This document shows, in pieces, positions 38,105 to 47,660 of a stretch of 64,000 bases of DNA; positions within the stretch are counted from its first letter, which is position 1, and the number at the start of each line of letters is the position of its first letter. The stretch lies in NCBI GenBank assembly GCA_028289345.1, contig JANQQL010000005.1, positions 101,206 through 165,205 of the forward strand, written 5' to 3'. Made by a program: the position numbers and the translations under genes. Below the pieces are notes generated by a model, which did not search any database, had not been told where the DNA came from, and saw only the letters and a list, made by a program, of their open reading frames with translations. This DNA comes from Planctomycetota bacterium. GTDB taxonomy: Bacteria > Planctomycetota > B15-G4 > SIAN01.

Positions 38105-38262
38105 CTTACCGAAGACCCTATCGATCCTCTGCCGAACGAACCAGGGCCCTAGGGCCCTGGCTGGACTTCTACAACCACCAGAGAGAACATCGAGGCATCC
38201 AGTCCATGACCCCGATCGCCAAACTCAGGCACATCCGGTGACGAACGTCCCTAGCCTTCACA
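38105..38262 (+). mobile_element. C-terminal fragment of an IS481-like transposase gene
   Basis: Translation WLDFYNHQREHRGIQSMTPIAKLRHIR, then after a frame change VTNVPSLHT*. No catalytic region upstream. Confidence 0.4.
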
Positions 38263-38263
38263 C

Positions 38264-39049
38264 CTAGTCCCTCGGAAAATAGCGCCTGATCGCCTCCCTG
38301 GCTCGATCGCGAACCATCGACGATGGGTCACTGTCCGCTATGAGCATAACAGCCCCATGAACAACGGGATCGCCTGGAAACTCCTTCAAGGCATCGATTG
38401 CAAATCTTCTCACCTCTTCATCGGGCGAACTCACCAGTCGGTCGAAATAGACGCTCTTCACCGACGGGGGAGTCTCGATCCTCGCAAGCGCCGCCAGAAG
38501 AGTAATCTCAACTTCACGATTGGGCGCCATGAATAGGTCATTTCTCCAAACGTCTACCATATCACTGGTGAGGTGAAGGTTTGGCTCTGGCAACAGCGTA
38601 ATGCTGTCAAAGGCTTTAGCTCGGTGCTTCGGATCAGACTGAGGATCCAGGATCACACGCTTGTAGTACGAAATCGAATAGACCTTATCGACGAGTCTGC
38701 CACTTGCTCCTTTGACGCGGGGATCAACCAGCTTGAATTGAGAGCGCATTCTCGCGCGAAGCTTTGCGCACTCCTCTTGGAGCTGCTTGATACGACCGAT
38801 TGCACTCTCCGAGCGCAGTTCAATATTGGAGTTGCGCACTATCAGCAAATCGCTGAGCTCCCGGTCAGCCCGGGCAGCTCGATCGATGAGGGCACCAAGT
38901 CCTGACCACAGCGCAAGCTGATGGCGTGGCTCAGGAAAATTGCGTTGCCTTATGACGCTAACACCCCAAGTCGAGGTGAAGAGAACTGCGACTAGGGACA
39001 CGACAGAAGCCATGGCAGCTAAAAGCCCAATGCGGCTCATCTGTTTCAT
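38264..39049 (-). CDS. membrane-anchored coiled-coil/HEAT-like repeat protein (paralogue of 40700-41515)
   Basis: TM IGLLAAMASVVSLVAVLF. C-terminal EEVRRFAIDALKEF...DSDPSSMVRDRAREAIRRY (HEAT-like). Confidence 0.6.
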   Translation of the reverse strand: MKQMSRIGLLAAMASVVSLVAVLFTSTWGVSVIRQRNFPEPRHQLALWSGLGALIDRAARADRELSDLLIVRNSNIELRSESAIGRIKQLQEECAKLRARMRSQFKLVDPRVKGASGRLVDKVYSISYYKRVILDPQSDPKHRAKAFDSITLLPEPNLHLTSDMVDVWRNDLFMAPNREVEITLLAALARIETPPSVKSVYFDRLVSSPDEEVRRFAIDALKEFPGDPVVHGAVMLIADSDPSSMVRDRAREAIRRYFPRD

Positions 39050-39072
39050 GCCAAACTGTCTCCAGATCCAAG

Positions 39073-39960
39073 CTATAGATCAAGCACGCTTGAGAAAGGA
39101 ATCAGATAGAGCTGCAGTATTGCAAAAACTGTCAGATACACCAGCGCTGACACCTGCTCTTTCATCGAACATTGGGAGTAGCCCATAATTGTAAGGATCC
39201 ATCCAAAACCGATGACAGTTGCGATCGGGTACGTCAAAATCACAAAGTGTAGCAAGGCGACGTTCCGCATCGAATGAAGCCACTTCCACTTCAAGGGAAC
39301 AAGGAAGAGAATCGCAATGACCGACTCCGAGAAGAGTGTCCAGTAAGTAACTGCGTGCGCAAGAATAACCGAGCTTCCTGAGTCCAACAGTTGAGCGTTC
39401 GCTAACCGGCCGCTAATCACCAACCCAATCAGCTCAGTGTTGTTCTGCACGGTCTCATCAGAGACCCCTGCAGCGATCTTTGCAAAAGCCTCAAACCGAC
39501 TATCGGCCAACAAAGAAAAGTGCATAAAAGAACCATCGACGAAGTCTTTCGATACCCACTTCCAGAACGATGCAAGCGCCATAACGCAGCCGACAGTCAA
39601 CCTGGCATTCAACGCGAGACGGCGTTCACTTCCTGCGGAGAGGGCGAGTGCCATACACCAATATGCCATAAGCACTTTGTGGTTATCCACGACATAGAGT
39701 CGGCCGTAGAGGCCGCGCATCTGAACAACCGCCATCAACATCCAAAACCAGCCCTTGCAATAGGATGCAGGAACCATCATCCCGAAAGCAGCCAGTATGA
39801 CCGTTGGGATTTGCAGATCCCAGAACCGCGCGCCATACAAGACAAGTAAGAGTAGAGTTAAACGCGAAGCAACGTCATGGCGATCAGATGCCGCTAGACT
39901 CCGCGCCACTTTGCGACCCGGGCTCAGGACCAAGTACAGTAGCCGCCGTGCCCTATTCAA
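39073..39960 (-). CDS. polytopic membrane protein, HTTM/vitamin-K-dependent-carboxylase-like (tentative)
   Basis: 295 aa with about 8 TM. VVDNHKVLMAYWCMALAL and ALASFWKWVSKDFVDGSFM resemble the conserved NHxYL and K..DW..G motifs of HTTM domains as I recall them. Confidence 0.5.
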   Translation of the reverse strand: MNRARRLLYLVLSPGRKVARSLAASDRHDVASRLTLLLLVLYGARFWDLQIPTVILAAFGMMVPASYCKGWFWMLMAVVQMRGLYGRLYVVDNHKVLMAYWCMALALSAGSERRLALNARLTVGCVMALASFWKWVSKDFVDGSFMHFSLLADSRFEAFAKIAAGVSDETVQNNTELIGLVISGRLANAQLLDSGSSVILAHAVTYWTLFSESVIAILFLVPLKWKWLHSMRNVALLHFVILTYPIATVIGFGWILTIMGYSQCSMKEQVSALVYLTVFAILQLYLIPFSSVLDL

Positions 39961-40693
39961 TCAGAGCTTCCGCGACGTATTCGCTTGACAACCCCAGCTT
40001 CTCGGCAACCTCGTCAATCGGCAGCCCTGGGACGGACACCGTATGGATCTCGTCACGGCGTAGGTTGCGAGTTTTCAGGTCGTAAGCGAGTCGATACACT
40101 GTGATGACTATTTCATCTACTAGCAGAATGCTCAAGTGCCTGGTAGGGTTCTGGCTATACGGATAGAGCGTCTCTCTTTCCCACCCTCTACGCAAGAAGT
40201 CGAGATCCTCCAGGTCTAACGGGTGCCCCGCCTTGCTTGTGTAGCTTTCTGCCCTCAATTTGCTTTCCGATCTACGTTCACGGCGGCCCCACACATTGTT
40301 CGCCAACGCAGTCGCCACAAACTCAAGATTGGATGTACTTGGAAGCCGCCTTGAAAGGCGAGTCGCGTCGCTGAGATCCTTATCATGTGGGAGCTGGACG
40401 TTGTAGCTACGCCCACCACTGATCGCTTCAATTCTTATTGCTCGGTTTGCTCCCGCATCGACGGTGGAGAACATGCCGAAGCCGCCTCCTTTCCACTTTG
40501 TCAGATCCTTGCTAACTACGAGATAGAAATGAACTGAGGCAACTGACAGCAAAACCGTTACAACGGCATAGTTTTGCACTGCGTCTTTCTGGCTGAGCAC
40601 AACTTTTTTTGCGACAGCGTTCAAGCACACACAGAGATATCGGAAGCTTCGCTTCATCTGGCAGGCGGTTGATGATCGCCAAGGGACGACCAC
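39953..40693 (-). CDS. single-TM protein resembling the segment that follows the HTTM domain in gamma-carboxylase homologues (tentative)
   Basis: GTG 40693 or ATG 40657. TM VVTVLLSVASVHFYLVV, then KGGGFGMFSTVDAGANRAIRIEAISGG. 8-nt overlap with the HTTM-like ORF. Confidence 0.5.
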   Translation of the reverse strand: MVVPWRSSTACQMKRSFRYLCVCLNAVAKKVVLSQKDAVQNYAVVTVLLSVASVHFYLVVSKDLTKWKGGGFGMFSTVDAGANRAIRIEAISGGRSYNVQLPHDKDLSDATRLSRRLPSTSNLEFVATALANNVWGRRERRSESKLRAESYTSKAGHPLDLEDLDFLRRGWERETLYPYSQNPTRHLSILLVDEIVITVYRLAYDLKTRNLRRDEIHTVSVPGLPIDEVAEKLGLSSEYVAEALIE

Positions 40694-40699
40694 GGAGTC

Positions 40700-41515
40700 T
40701 TAGTCGGGCGAATCTTCTTCCCAATCCTCGAGCATTGCTGCAATGTGCCTACGAATGCGCGATGATGGGTCACGATTCGCAGCCACCGATAGCACGTCCA
40801 CTACATCGGACCGGTACAAGAAACTCCTCAGGGCCTGCGCGGCCTCTCTCCTCGTACCCTGATCTTCATCATCTTGAAGGATGTTGATGAGTGGCTCAAC
40901 AAGCCTCTCGTTGTCGTGATCTTTCAGCCCGTCGATGATTTCATCGCGAACGTTTGAATCACTACTGCTGCTCAGCATATCTAGGGCTGCAGACACAACA
41001 GCTTCGTTGCGTGCCTGATGCTCTTTAGGAAACCTCCGAAGCATTCGCAGGGCCGCAAGCCGGTCCTCAATCGTCGATGAAACATCAATAAAAACAGACT
41101 GGTAGGCGTTCACTGCATCCGCAGAGAGCTGGGACTCGACAACCTCACGCGATTTGCCGCTGTATTCCGGCGCACGACCATCACCCGGCTGGAATTGATC
41201 GGCATCGATCTCTTCCCGAAGAACCGCAATCTCCTCCGTGAGCGAGGAAATCGCGGCCTCGATCACGTCATCTGTCGCCTCGAGTTGGCTCTGGCCATCG
41301 ACTTCGAACCGAGACGCGTGAACAGAACTCACCTTCTCTTCGAGCGACTTCACCTGACTTGCGAGGATTTGGACCTTCGCCTCGATCTCCGCCTTGTGAA
41401 CCTCTTCGAAGGGCATTGTCGCGGCAGTGGAACTAGATTCAGCGAGCACAATCACGCAGTACGCCACAGAACATGCAGAGAGCAACAGACTTAGCACTGA
41501 GACGAGCCTTACCAT
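40700..41515 (-). CDS. membrane-anchored coiled-coil/HEAT-like repeat protein
   Basis: TM VSVLSLLLSACSVAYCVIV, a coiled coil, then RLAALRMLRRF...DSNVRDEIIDGL...DQGTRREAAQALRSF...DPSSRIRRHIAAML. Confidence 0.6.
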   Translation of the reverse strand: MVRLVSVLSLLLSACSVAYCVIVLAESSSTAATMPFEEVHKAEIEAKVQILASQVKSLEEKVSSVHASRFEVDGQSQLEATDDVIEAAISSLTEEIAVLREEIDADQFQPGDGRAPEYSGKSREVVESQLSADAVNAYQSVFIDVSSTIEDRLAALRMLRRFPKEHQARNEAVVSAALDMLSSSSDSNVRDEIIDGLKDHDNERLVEPLINILQDDEDQGTRREAAQALRSFLYRSDVVDVLSVAANRDPSSRIRRHIAAMLEDWEEDSPD

Positions 41516-41536
41516 GGCAAGTTGACTTCCGCTGGC

Positions 41537-41950
41537 CTAGTTGCCGGTAGCCTCTTCACGCTGAAGCTCGTAGTCGGATTTCTTGTTTTCTCTGAGCCAC
41601 TCTTGTCGCCCCTCGTGCTGACTCTCACCCTCTCCCACCGATAACAGCTCCTTGATCTCCTCAGAAATACCCTCGTACACATTCTCTCGCGCTTCGGGCG
41701 TCCAAGTTGAGGACTCCCATTCGGGGCTTTCGAAAAGGAGCTCGGACTCCCAAGCCTCATCGTTTTCCAAGAAACCAGGACCCGCACTCTCGAACCACTC
41801 AGCGACCTCTCTCCTGCCTTCTAATCGACTCGTCTCACTACCAATGCCGTTCTCTACAGCGCTATGAGTGGTAGAGGTGCCCACAAGCAGAACTACACAC
41901 AGGGCAAACGGCAGTAGAGAGATTTTCCCTGTGAGTGCTTTCATCATCAT
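41537..41950 (-). CDS. small secreted Glu/Trp-rich acidic protein, paralogue 1
   Basis: 137 aa with a signal peptide (ISLLPFALCVVLLVGTS). LEGRREVAEWFES...EAWESELLFESPEWESSTW...EGRQEWLRENKKSD. Confidence 0.6.
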   Translation of the reverse strand: MMMKALTGKISLLPFALCVVLLVGTSTTHSAVENGIGSETSRLEGRREVAEWFESAGPGFLENDEAWESELLFESPEWESSTWTPEARENVYEGISEEIKELLSVGEGESQHEGRQEWLRENKKSDYELQREEATGN

Positions 41951-41956
41951 CGCTTC

Positions 41957-42346
41957 TCAGCCCTCTTCATTCTGTCGTTCGCTATCCGATTTTTTTACCT
42001 CGCGAAGCCACTCGACCCGACCCTCAACATAAGATTCCTCCGTTGACGGAGGAACGACTTCTTCACGAACCTCTTCCGCAACACCATTGTAAACTTCCTC
42101 GCGCTCCTCCGCAGACCAACCACTCTCCTCCCATTCATGCCCTTCAAAAAACGACTCAGCTTCTTCTCGTTCATGGTTGGAAACGGGACTATTGAACCAG
42201 CTTTCCATCTCGCCCATGCCTTCAAGTTTTTTGGTCTCGGACATAGTGTCTCGCTGCTCCGCCCCTCTGAGACCAGCTTCCAGAGCACCGACGACAACTA
42301 CAGGCGCCATTACGATTAGGGATAGCGACTTGCGTATTCTCGACAC
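41957..42346 (-). CDS. small secreted Glu/Trp-rich acidic protein, paralogue 2
   Basis: GTG 42346, 6 nt after GGAGGG. Signal-like SLSLIVMAPVVVVGALEA. LEGMGEMESWFNS...EEAESFFEGHEWEESGW...EGRVEWLREVKKSD aligns with paralogue 1. Confidence 0.55.
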   Translation of the reverse strand: MSRIRKSLSLIVMAPVVVVGALEAGLRGAEQRDTMSETKKLEGMGEMESWFNSPVSNHEREEAESFFEGHEWEESGWSAEEREEVYNGVAEEVREEVVPPSTEESYVEGRVEWLREVKKSDSERQNEEG

Positions 42347-43038
42347 ACTCAACCCTCCATGTAGAAGCGAAACCCGTTCGCAAGGGAGTGGCAACCCAAG
42401 TGACTGACAAACCAAGCTTCATGGTAATTGCGCGAAGTGTCAAGAACAGCCCGTTAACCGCACATTCGCAACATTGCTCCATTCCAATTCGCGGTTGCAT
42501 TCCGCTCAAGAACTCACGAATGGCCTAGGCACATCCATCAACCTAGAGCTCAGCCTCTACCAAACGACAAGATGGACGAGCTCAAACGGGATAGCTCGCA
42601 TTCACCCCGTTCCCTGCCCAATGGTGTCACAGTCGACTGTAAGACATGCTAGTGACGCGATACATCATCGTCGTTCACGGAATGGGCAACCAGAAGCCTT
42701 GGGAGACAACCTCACGGATCTTTGTTGGCCTGTTGGCCTGGCGAATGCCGTACGGTACAAGAACCCGGCCGTCCCCGCGGGTGGCGGGGGCTGGAAACGG
42801 GCTTGGAGTCGAGTGCCGCGCCAGCTCCCGACCCTACCACCTTGGACCCCAAAAACCGCAATTGGTGGCTGCGGCTGCTAGCGAGCGGAATGTGGTGGTG
42901 CTCCCGGCCGAACCGGTCTCGGGGGAGTTGAGAGTCAATCTCTGACGGCCTCGACAATCATCTCTTCGGTCGCTTCGTTTGGCTGAGCCAAGTCAACAGA
43001 TTCCGACCAAAAGGAAGTGTCATTGCTCCATGCTAGGA

Positions 43039-43921
43039 CCCCGTAGGGCACAAGAACTTGGACGGCTTCCCGGAAAACGCCGACCAAGGCTGCGCGGGTA
43101 ACATCCGCGGGACATGATCCCCGTCCTTCAACCATTTCACGTGCTCGCCGTCATCCTCGCGGGCTGGTCCAATCGGCATCAGTTCCGAGTGATCGAGTAC
43201 TTGCTGGAAGAAAACCGAGCCTTCAAGCAACAGATACGCAAGCTGCTGAATCAGGTTGCAAACATTGTCACACCCGACACAATCATGCGCTGGCACCGAC
43301 GCCTGATCGCCCTGAAGTGGACCTACGAGAGGGGCAAACCGGGTCACCCGGGAACGGCTGAAGTATGGACACCCCAAGGACGGAAGACTTACTACATCCT
43401 CTTCGTCATGGAGCTCACCACGAGGAGAGTCACCATCGCTGGCATCACACCCCATCCTCACGGCCGATTCATGGATCGAGTCGCGCGAAACCTCACTGAT
43501 GAAGAAGACGGATTCCTGATCGGCAAGCGGTTCTTGATCCACGATCGAGATACGAAATACACCGACCAGTTTCGTCGAACCCTAGGAGACGCTGGCGTCG
43601 AGTCTGTTCCATCCCCAGCCAAATCGCCCAATTGCAACGCGTACGCCGAACGGTTCGTTCGATCCATCAAGGAGGAATGTCTCAGTCGAATGATCTTCTT
43701 CGGCGAGGAATCACTGAGACGGTCGGTCACTGAATACGCCGTGCACTACCACTCTGAGCGGAACCACCAAGGGCTCGGGAACGAGCTGATCGAACCCGAG
43801 CTCCGGCCCTACCGAATGGATGGACGTGTTCGATACCGGAGCAGACTGGGCGGCTTGCCGCGCTTCTACCATCGGCAGGTTGTCTGACATTGCCCGCGAT
43901 TGAGTTCTTGCACCCTACTGG
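43039..43921 (+). mobile_element. IS family B copy 2 (internally deleted, both ends present)
   Basis: CCCCGTAGGGCACAAGAAC ... GAGTTCTTGCACCCTACTGG. The 257-aa ORF 43114-43887 lacks the segment between KWTYERGKPGHPG and TAEVWTP. Confidence 0.8.
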
Positions 43922-43987
43922 CTCGCTCTTCTGGATCACCGGCGCCATTCATTCCGTGTGAACCGAGTGCGTACACCCGTCGTCAAC

Positions 43988-45430
43988 CTACTTCCGCTGA
44001 TCCCCATCACCCATCGGGGGCGCATCGACCTTCGGTAGCCACTCGGCCAGGGACTCCTTGACCGCTGCGAGTTCAGGATCGTCGGCCACGTTGCGCCACT
44101 CGTGTGGATCCTGCTCGTGGTCGTACAGCTCCTCCGACCCGTCGCGGTAGCGGATGTAGCGATAGCGGTCGCCGCGTACGGCATGGTTGCCCATGCCGTG
44201 CGTCGTGACGGCGCAACGCGCGCTGTCTTTCTCGGGGTCGGCGAGCTGGGGTTCCAGACTTTTCCCTTCGAGCGCCTGCGGCGGCGCCTCGAGCCCGCAG
44301 AGGCCGAGCAAGGTCGGGTAGAGGTCGAGCAGGCTGACGGGCTCGCGGCAAACCTGGCCGGCGCGGCCAGCCTGGCGGGGGTCGATGACGATCACCGGGA
44401 CGTGGGTCGTGTCCTCCCACAGGGCGAACTTTTCCCAGTGCCGCTTCTCGCCGACGTGGTAGCCGTGGTCGCCCCAGAGCACCACGACCGTGTTCTCCGC
44501 GCGAGGACTCGCGTCGAGTGCGCGCATCAAGCGTCCGACCATTGCGTCCGCAAACGCGATGGACGCGAGGTAGCCCTGCACCGCACGATGCCACTCGCCG
44601 TTTTCGACGATCCACTCGTGCCAGTGATCGAACGTCCGCTCCCGGCCAGCATCCGGAATGTCCCCGAGATCGTCGACGCCGGTCTTCGGCAGGCGCACCT
44701 CGTCGAGCGGGAAACGGTCGAAGTACTCCTGCGGCACGTACCAGGGCACGTGCGGACGGTAGATGCCGACGGCGAGGAACATCGGCGGATCGCCAGCCGC
44801 TCGATCCGCGGCGAGGGCAGTCTCTGCCCAAGCAACGACCTGTCCGTCGGCCATCTCGTCGTCGCGGATCGCCATCGGAGACCAGTCGAAGAGGCCACCG
44901 TACATCGTGCTCGTCGTGCGCACCGGCCAGCCTTTCGGCTTGAGATCCTCCGGCAGTTGCTGGGTGAGGGACGGGAAGTAATCGTGCCAGGCTTCGGGCT
45001 GGCTGTGGCCGGTCATCGCCGCCGTCGAGAGCGTGTGCCCGTGGAAGATCTTGCCGGCGCCGATCGTGCGGTAGCCACTTTGCTTGAAATGCATCGGCAA
45101 AGTGACCGCGCCCCGGAGTTCCTCACACTCTCGCCAGTCGTGGTCGTTTGAGTAGACGCCGCTCGTCGACGGGCGCACGCCGGTGAGAAGACTCGCCCGC
45201 GATGGCGCGCACCCCGGTGCCGTGCAGTGCGCGTTCGTGAACAACGTGCCGCGACGAGCGAGAGCGTCGATATGCGGTGTGCGAGCCTGAGGATGCCCAC
45301 CGAGCACCCCCACCCAGTCGTTCAGGTCGTCCACCGCGATGAACAGGACGTCGGGCCGCGAGTCCTGCGCGGCGGGACCCATCCCGCTGAAGGCCCCGGC
45401 AATGATCGCATTTCGAAAGGGATTGAGCAT
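43988..45430 (-). CDS. sulfatase (arylsulfatase A family)
   Basis: Start at MLNPF (ATG 45430). DVLFIAVDDLNDW and formylglycine motif CAPSR in CTAPGCAPSRASLLTG. Confidence 0.9.
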   Translation of the reverse strand: MLNPFRNAIIAGAFSGMGPAAQDSRPDVLFIAVDDLNDWVGVLGGHPQARTPHIDALARRGTLFTNAHCTAPGCAPSRASLLTGVRPSTSGVYSNDHDWRECEELRGAVTLPMHFKQSGYRTIGAGKIFHGHTLSTAAMTGHSQPEAWHDYFPSLTQQLPEDLKPKGWPVRTTSTMYGGLFDWSPMAIRDDEMADGQVVAWAETALAADRAAGDPPMFLAVGIYRPHVPWYVPQEYFDRFPLDEVRLPKTGVDDLGDIPDAGRERTFDHWHEWIVENGEWHRAVQGYLASIAFADAMVGRLMRALDASPRAENTVVVLWGDHGYHVGEKRHWEKFALWEDTTHVPVIVIDPRQAGRAGQVCREPVSLLDLYPTLLGLCGLEAPPQALEGKSLEPQLADPEKDSARCAVTTHGMGNHAVRGDRYRYIRYRDGSEELYDHEQDPHEWRNVADDPELAAVKESLAEWLPKVDAPPMGDGDQRK

Positions 45431-45689
45431 GGTCCAGGACTTACCAAAGCAGCGGACCACGATCCATAACCCGGCGACCTCGGAAAGGGTTCGAATGGCA
45501 ACTTCGCCCATCGCGATTCGCGCGGCGATCAGGCGCTCTCGCAGTTCTTGCGCAACCTCGGTCCGGACCAGGGTCACCGTATCGAGAACCGCGGCGAATG
45601 CGGCGTCTACTACCAGGACAGCGACGCGTCCCCGGCGGCCGCCGACTACGACGGGGACGGCGATGTCGATCTCGTCACTGTTGGGCGGC

Positions 45690-46558
45690 TGTTTTCGCAA
45701 CGAGGTCGACCAGCGCGCCCTGACGGTGCGCCCGCCGTGGACCGGGTCGACCCGGTGTCATGCGCCAGATCAGCGAACTGACTCCTCGCATGGCCAAGGA
45801 GAATCCATCCTGGAGATACGACCAGATCGAGGGTGCGCTGAAGAACGTCGGACACCGCGTGGCCCCGACCACGATCGCCAACATTCTCAAGCGCCACGGC
45901 ATCGAGCCAGCACCCGAGCGGCGAAGGCGTACCTCATGGAAGACCTTTCTTCGAGCTCACTGGGAGTCGATTGCTGCCACGGACTTCTTCACGGCTGAAG
46001 TATGGACACCCCGAGGATTGAAGACGTACTACATCCTCTTCGTCATGGAGCTCACCATGCGGAAAGTCAACATCGCTGGCAGCACACCCCATCCACACGG
46101 TCAGTTCATGGATCAAGTCGCGCGAAACCTCACTGATGAAGAAGACGGGTTCCTGAGCGGCAAGCGGTTCTTGATCCACGACCGAGATACGAAATACACC
46201 GACCAGTTTCGTCGAATCCTAGGAGACGCCGGCGTCGAGTCTGTTCCATGCCCAGCCAAATCGCCCAATTGCAACGCGTACGCCGAGGGGTTCGTTCGAT
46301 CCATCAAGGAAGAGTGTCTCAGTCGAATGATCCTCTTCGGCGAGGAATCACTCAGACCGGCGGTCACTGAGTACGCCGTGCACGACCACTCTGAACGGAA
46401 CCACCAAGGACTCGGGAACGAGCTGATTGAAACCGACTCCAAGCCCCATCGCGTAACCGGTTGCGTCCGATGCCGGAGCAGACTGGGTGGACTCCTTCGC
46501 TTCTACCACCGGCAGGTTGCCTGACTGGGAGCGCGATCTAGTTTTTGCGCCCTACGCG
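45690..46558 (+). mobile_element. IS family B copy 3 (5'-truncated)
   Basis: ORF 45760-46524 encodes the central and C-terminal transposase (ENPSWRYDQIEGALKNVGHRV...ATDFFTAEVWTPRGLKTYYILFVMEL...). Right end CTAGTTTTTGCGCCCTACGCG. Confidence 0.8.
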
Positions 46559-46622
46559 ATCGGCTCTGAGAGACACCGCACGACGATGGCGATCAAGACA
46601 TGCTGATGAACCAGAAGACCGC

Positions 46623-47411
46623 TTAGCAACTCGTTGGATTGAGCGGCGGCGTCACGACCGCACGACCGCTCGAGCCCTCGATCACCTCTTCCGAGCTGGC
46701 ATCTGGATCCTCAAAGAAGCTAAAACACTTCTTGATACCGGGCTTTGGTACAAATGCAGGAACTACATACGAGAAGATGTTCATGCGATCCGCCAGATGG
46801 CGAAGTGTGTCCTCCAAGTCCTTTTCTTTTCCCGCAGCAAGATCCTCGTAGATGTCCTTTCGATCTTCGCTTACGATCAGGACTATGAACACAAACCGAT
46901 ACTGAATTCGGTAGAGGTATCCTTGACCAATCGCGTCCTTCAGACCGGCATATGTGATGAATTTCAGCTCTATGGCGACCCCGTCCGTGTCCAGAGTCAT
47001 ATCAGGACGGTGCCTTTTGCCAAAGCAGCGCACACTGTTTACGGTCGTGGACTTGTCGATCTGAGTAATGGGCTTGGAGTGGAAGTCACGTCTTCTTGAG
47101 ATCAGATTGGTTGCGAAGCCGGTCTCAAACTCCCTTTCGCTCTTCCCCGTCGTGTGGAAGGGGAACTCACGAATCATCTCGTCAAGCTTCTTTGCGTCGT
47201 CCCAGCACCTACTGCCGCGCCGTCCCGGCTCAAACCCCATTGGACATCTCCCATGCAGAGAACTCACGAGCGCACAGACTGCCGTGGAATCCTGTCGGCA
47301 ATGGGCCGAAGACATTCGGCCGAATGGCCTACGGACGTCCCGGACAATCACAGTCTTCATTCGTCCCAACTCCGAATGGAACTTGAGTCCCCCCAACCGA
47401 GACTCGCCCAT
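46623..47411 (-). CDS. PD-(D/E)xK nuclease-fold protein (restriction-endonuclease-like), tentative
   Basis: HRPDMTLDTDGVAIELKFI gives a PD...ExK arrangement. AT-richer ORF; the true start within the first ~60 codons is uncertain. Confidence 0.45.
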   Translation of the reverse strand: MGESRLGGLKFHSELGRMKTVIVRDVRRPFGRMSSAHCRQDSTAVCALVSSLHGRCPMGFEPGRRGSRCWDDAKKLDEMIREFPFHTTGKSEREFETGFATNLISRRRDFHSKPITQIDKSTTVNSVRCFGKRHRPDMTLDTDGVAIELKFITYAGLKDAIGQGYLYRIQYRFVFIVLIVSEDRKDIYEDLAAGKEKDLEDTLRHLADRMNIFSYVVPAFVPKPGIKKCFSFFEDPDASSEEVIEGSSGRAVVTPPLNPTSC

Positions 47412-47423
47412 TCGCGCCCTGGG

Positions 47424-47660
47424 TTACGTCCTACGCTCTTCAGCCGCCCGAACTAGTTGCCAGACTCGCATCTCCAGCGTTGCAGCCATGAGCGAGACCG
47501 TCGTGAGAGACGGTGCCTTTAGCCCTGGCCCAGTTGACTGATGTACGTCAGGTCGAAGTCGCAGCGATGGGCAAACTCTTCCTGTGACAGACCTGCCTGG
47601 GTCCGGTAGCGGCGGAGAGCATCGCCGAATCCCTGGTCAGGTTGCAGGATGGGGCAGGCA
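47424..47660 (-). pseudogene. XRE-family HTH regulator, frameshifted and without a canonical start
   Basis: GDALRRYRTQAGLSQEEFAHRCDFDLTYISQLGQG* then, in another frame, LKAPSLTTVSLMAATLEMRVWQLVRAAEERRT*. Ends 12 nt before the nuclease-like ORF. Confidence 0.5.

Noticed and set aside
42646-42745. Short frame RYIIVVHGMGNQKPWE, like the N-terminus of an alpha/beta hydrolase, ending at an IS left-end fragment (~42747-42790).
   Set aside because: It is too short to support a call and is probably a truncated gene stub.
44102-45151. 349-aa plus-strand ORF and 252-aa minus-strand alternative frame within the sulfatase gene. Also the extension of the sulfatase ORF to 45700.
   Set aside because: The sulfatase frame carries the CxPxR and DDLNDW motifs starting at MLNPF. 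The others are compositional artefacts.
45548-45700. Plus-strand frame encoding AADYDGDGDVDLVTVG (FG-GAP-like motif) upstream of the sulfatase.
   Set aside because: It is only one repeat unit with no ORF context. It may be a relic of a destroyed FG-GAP gene, but that cannot be supported as a feature.
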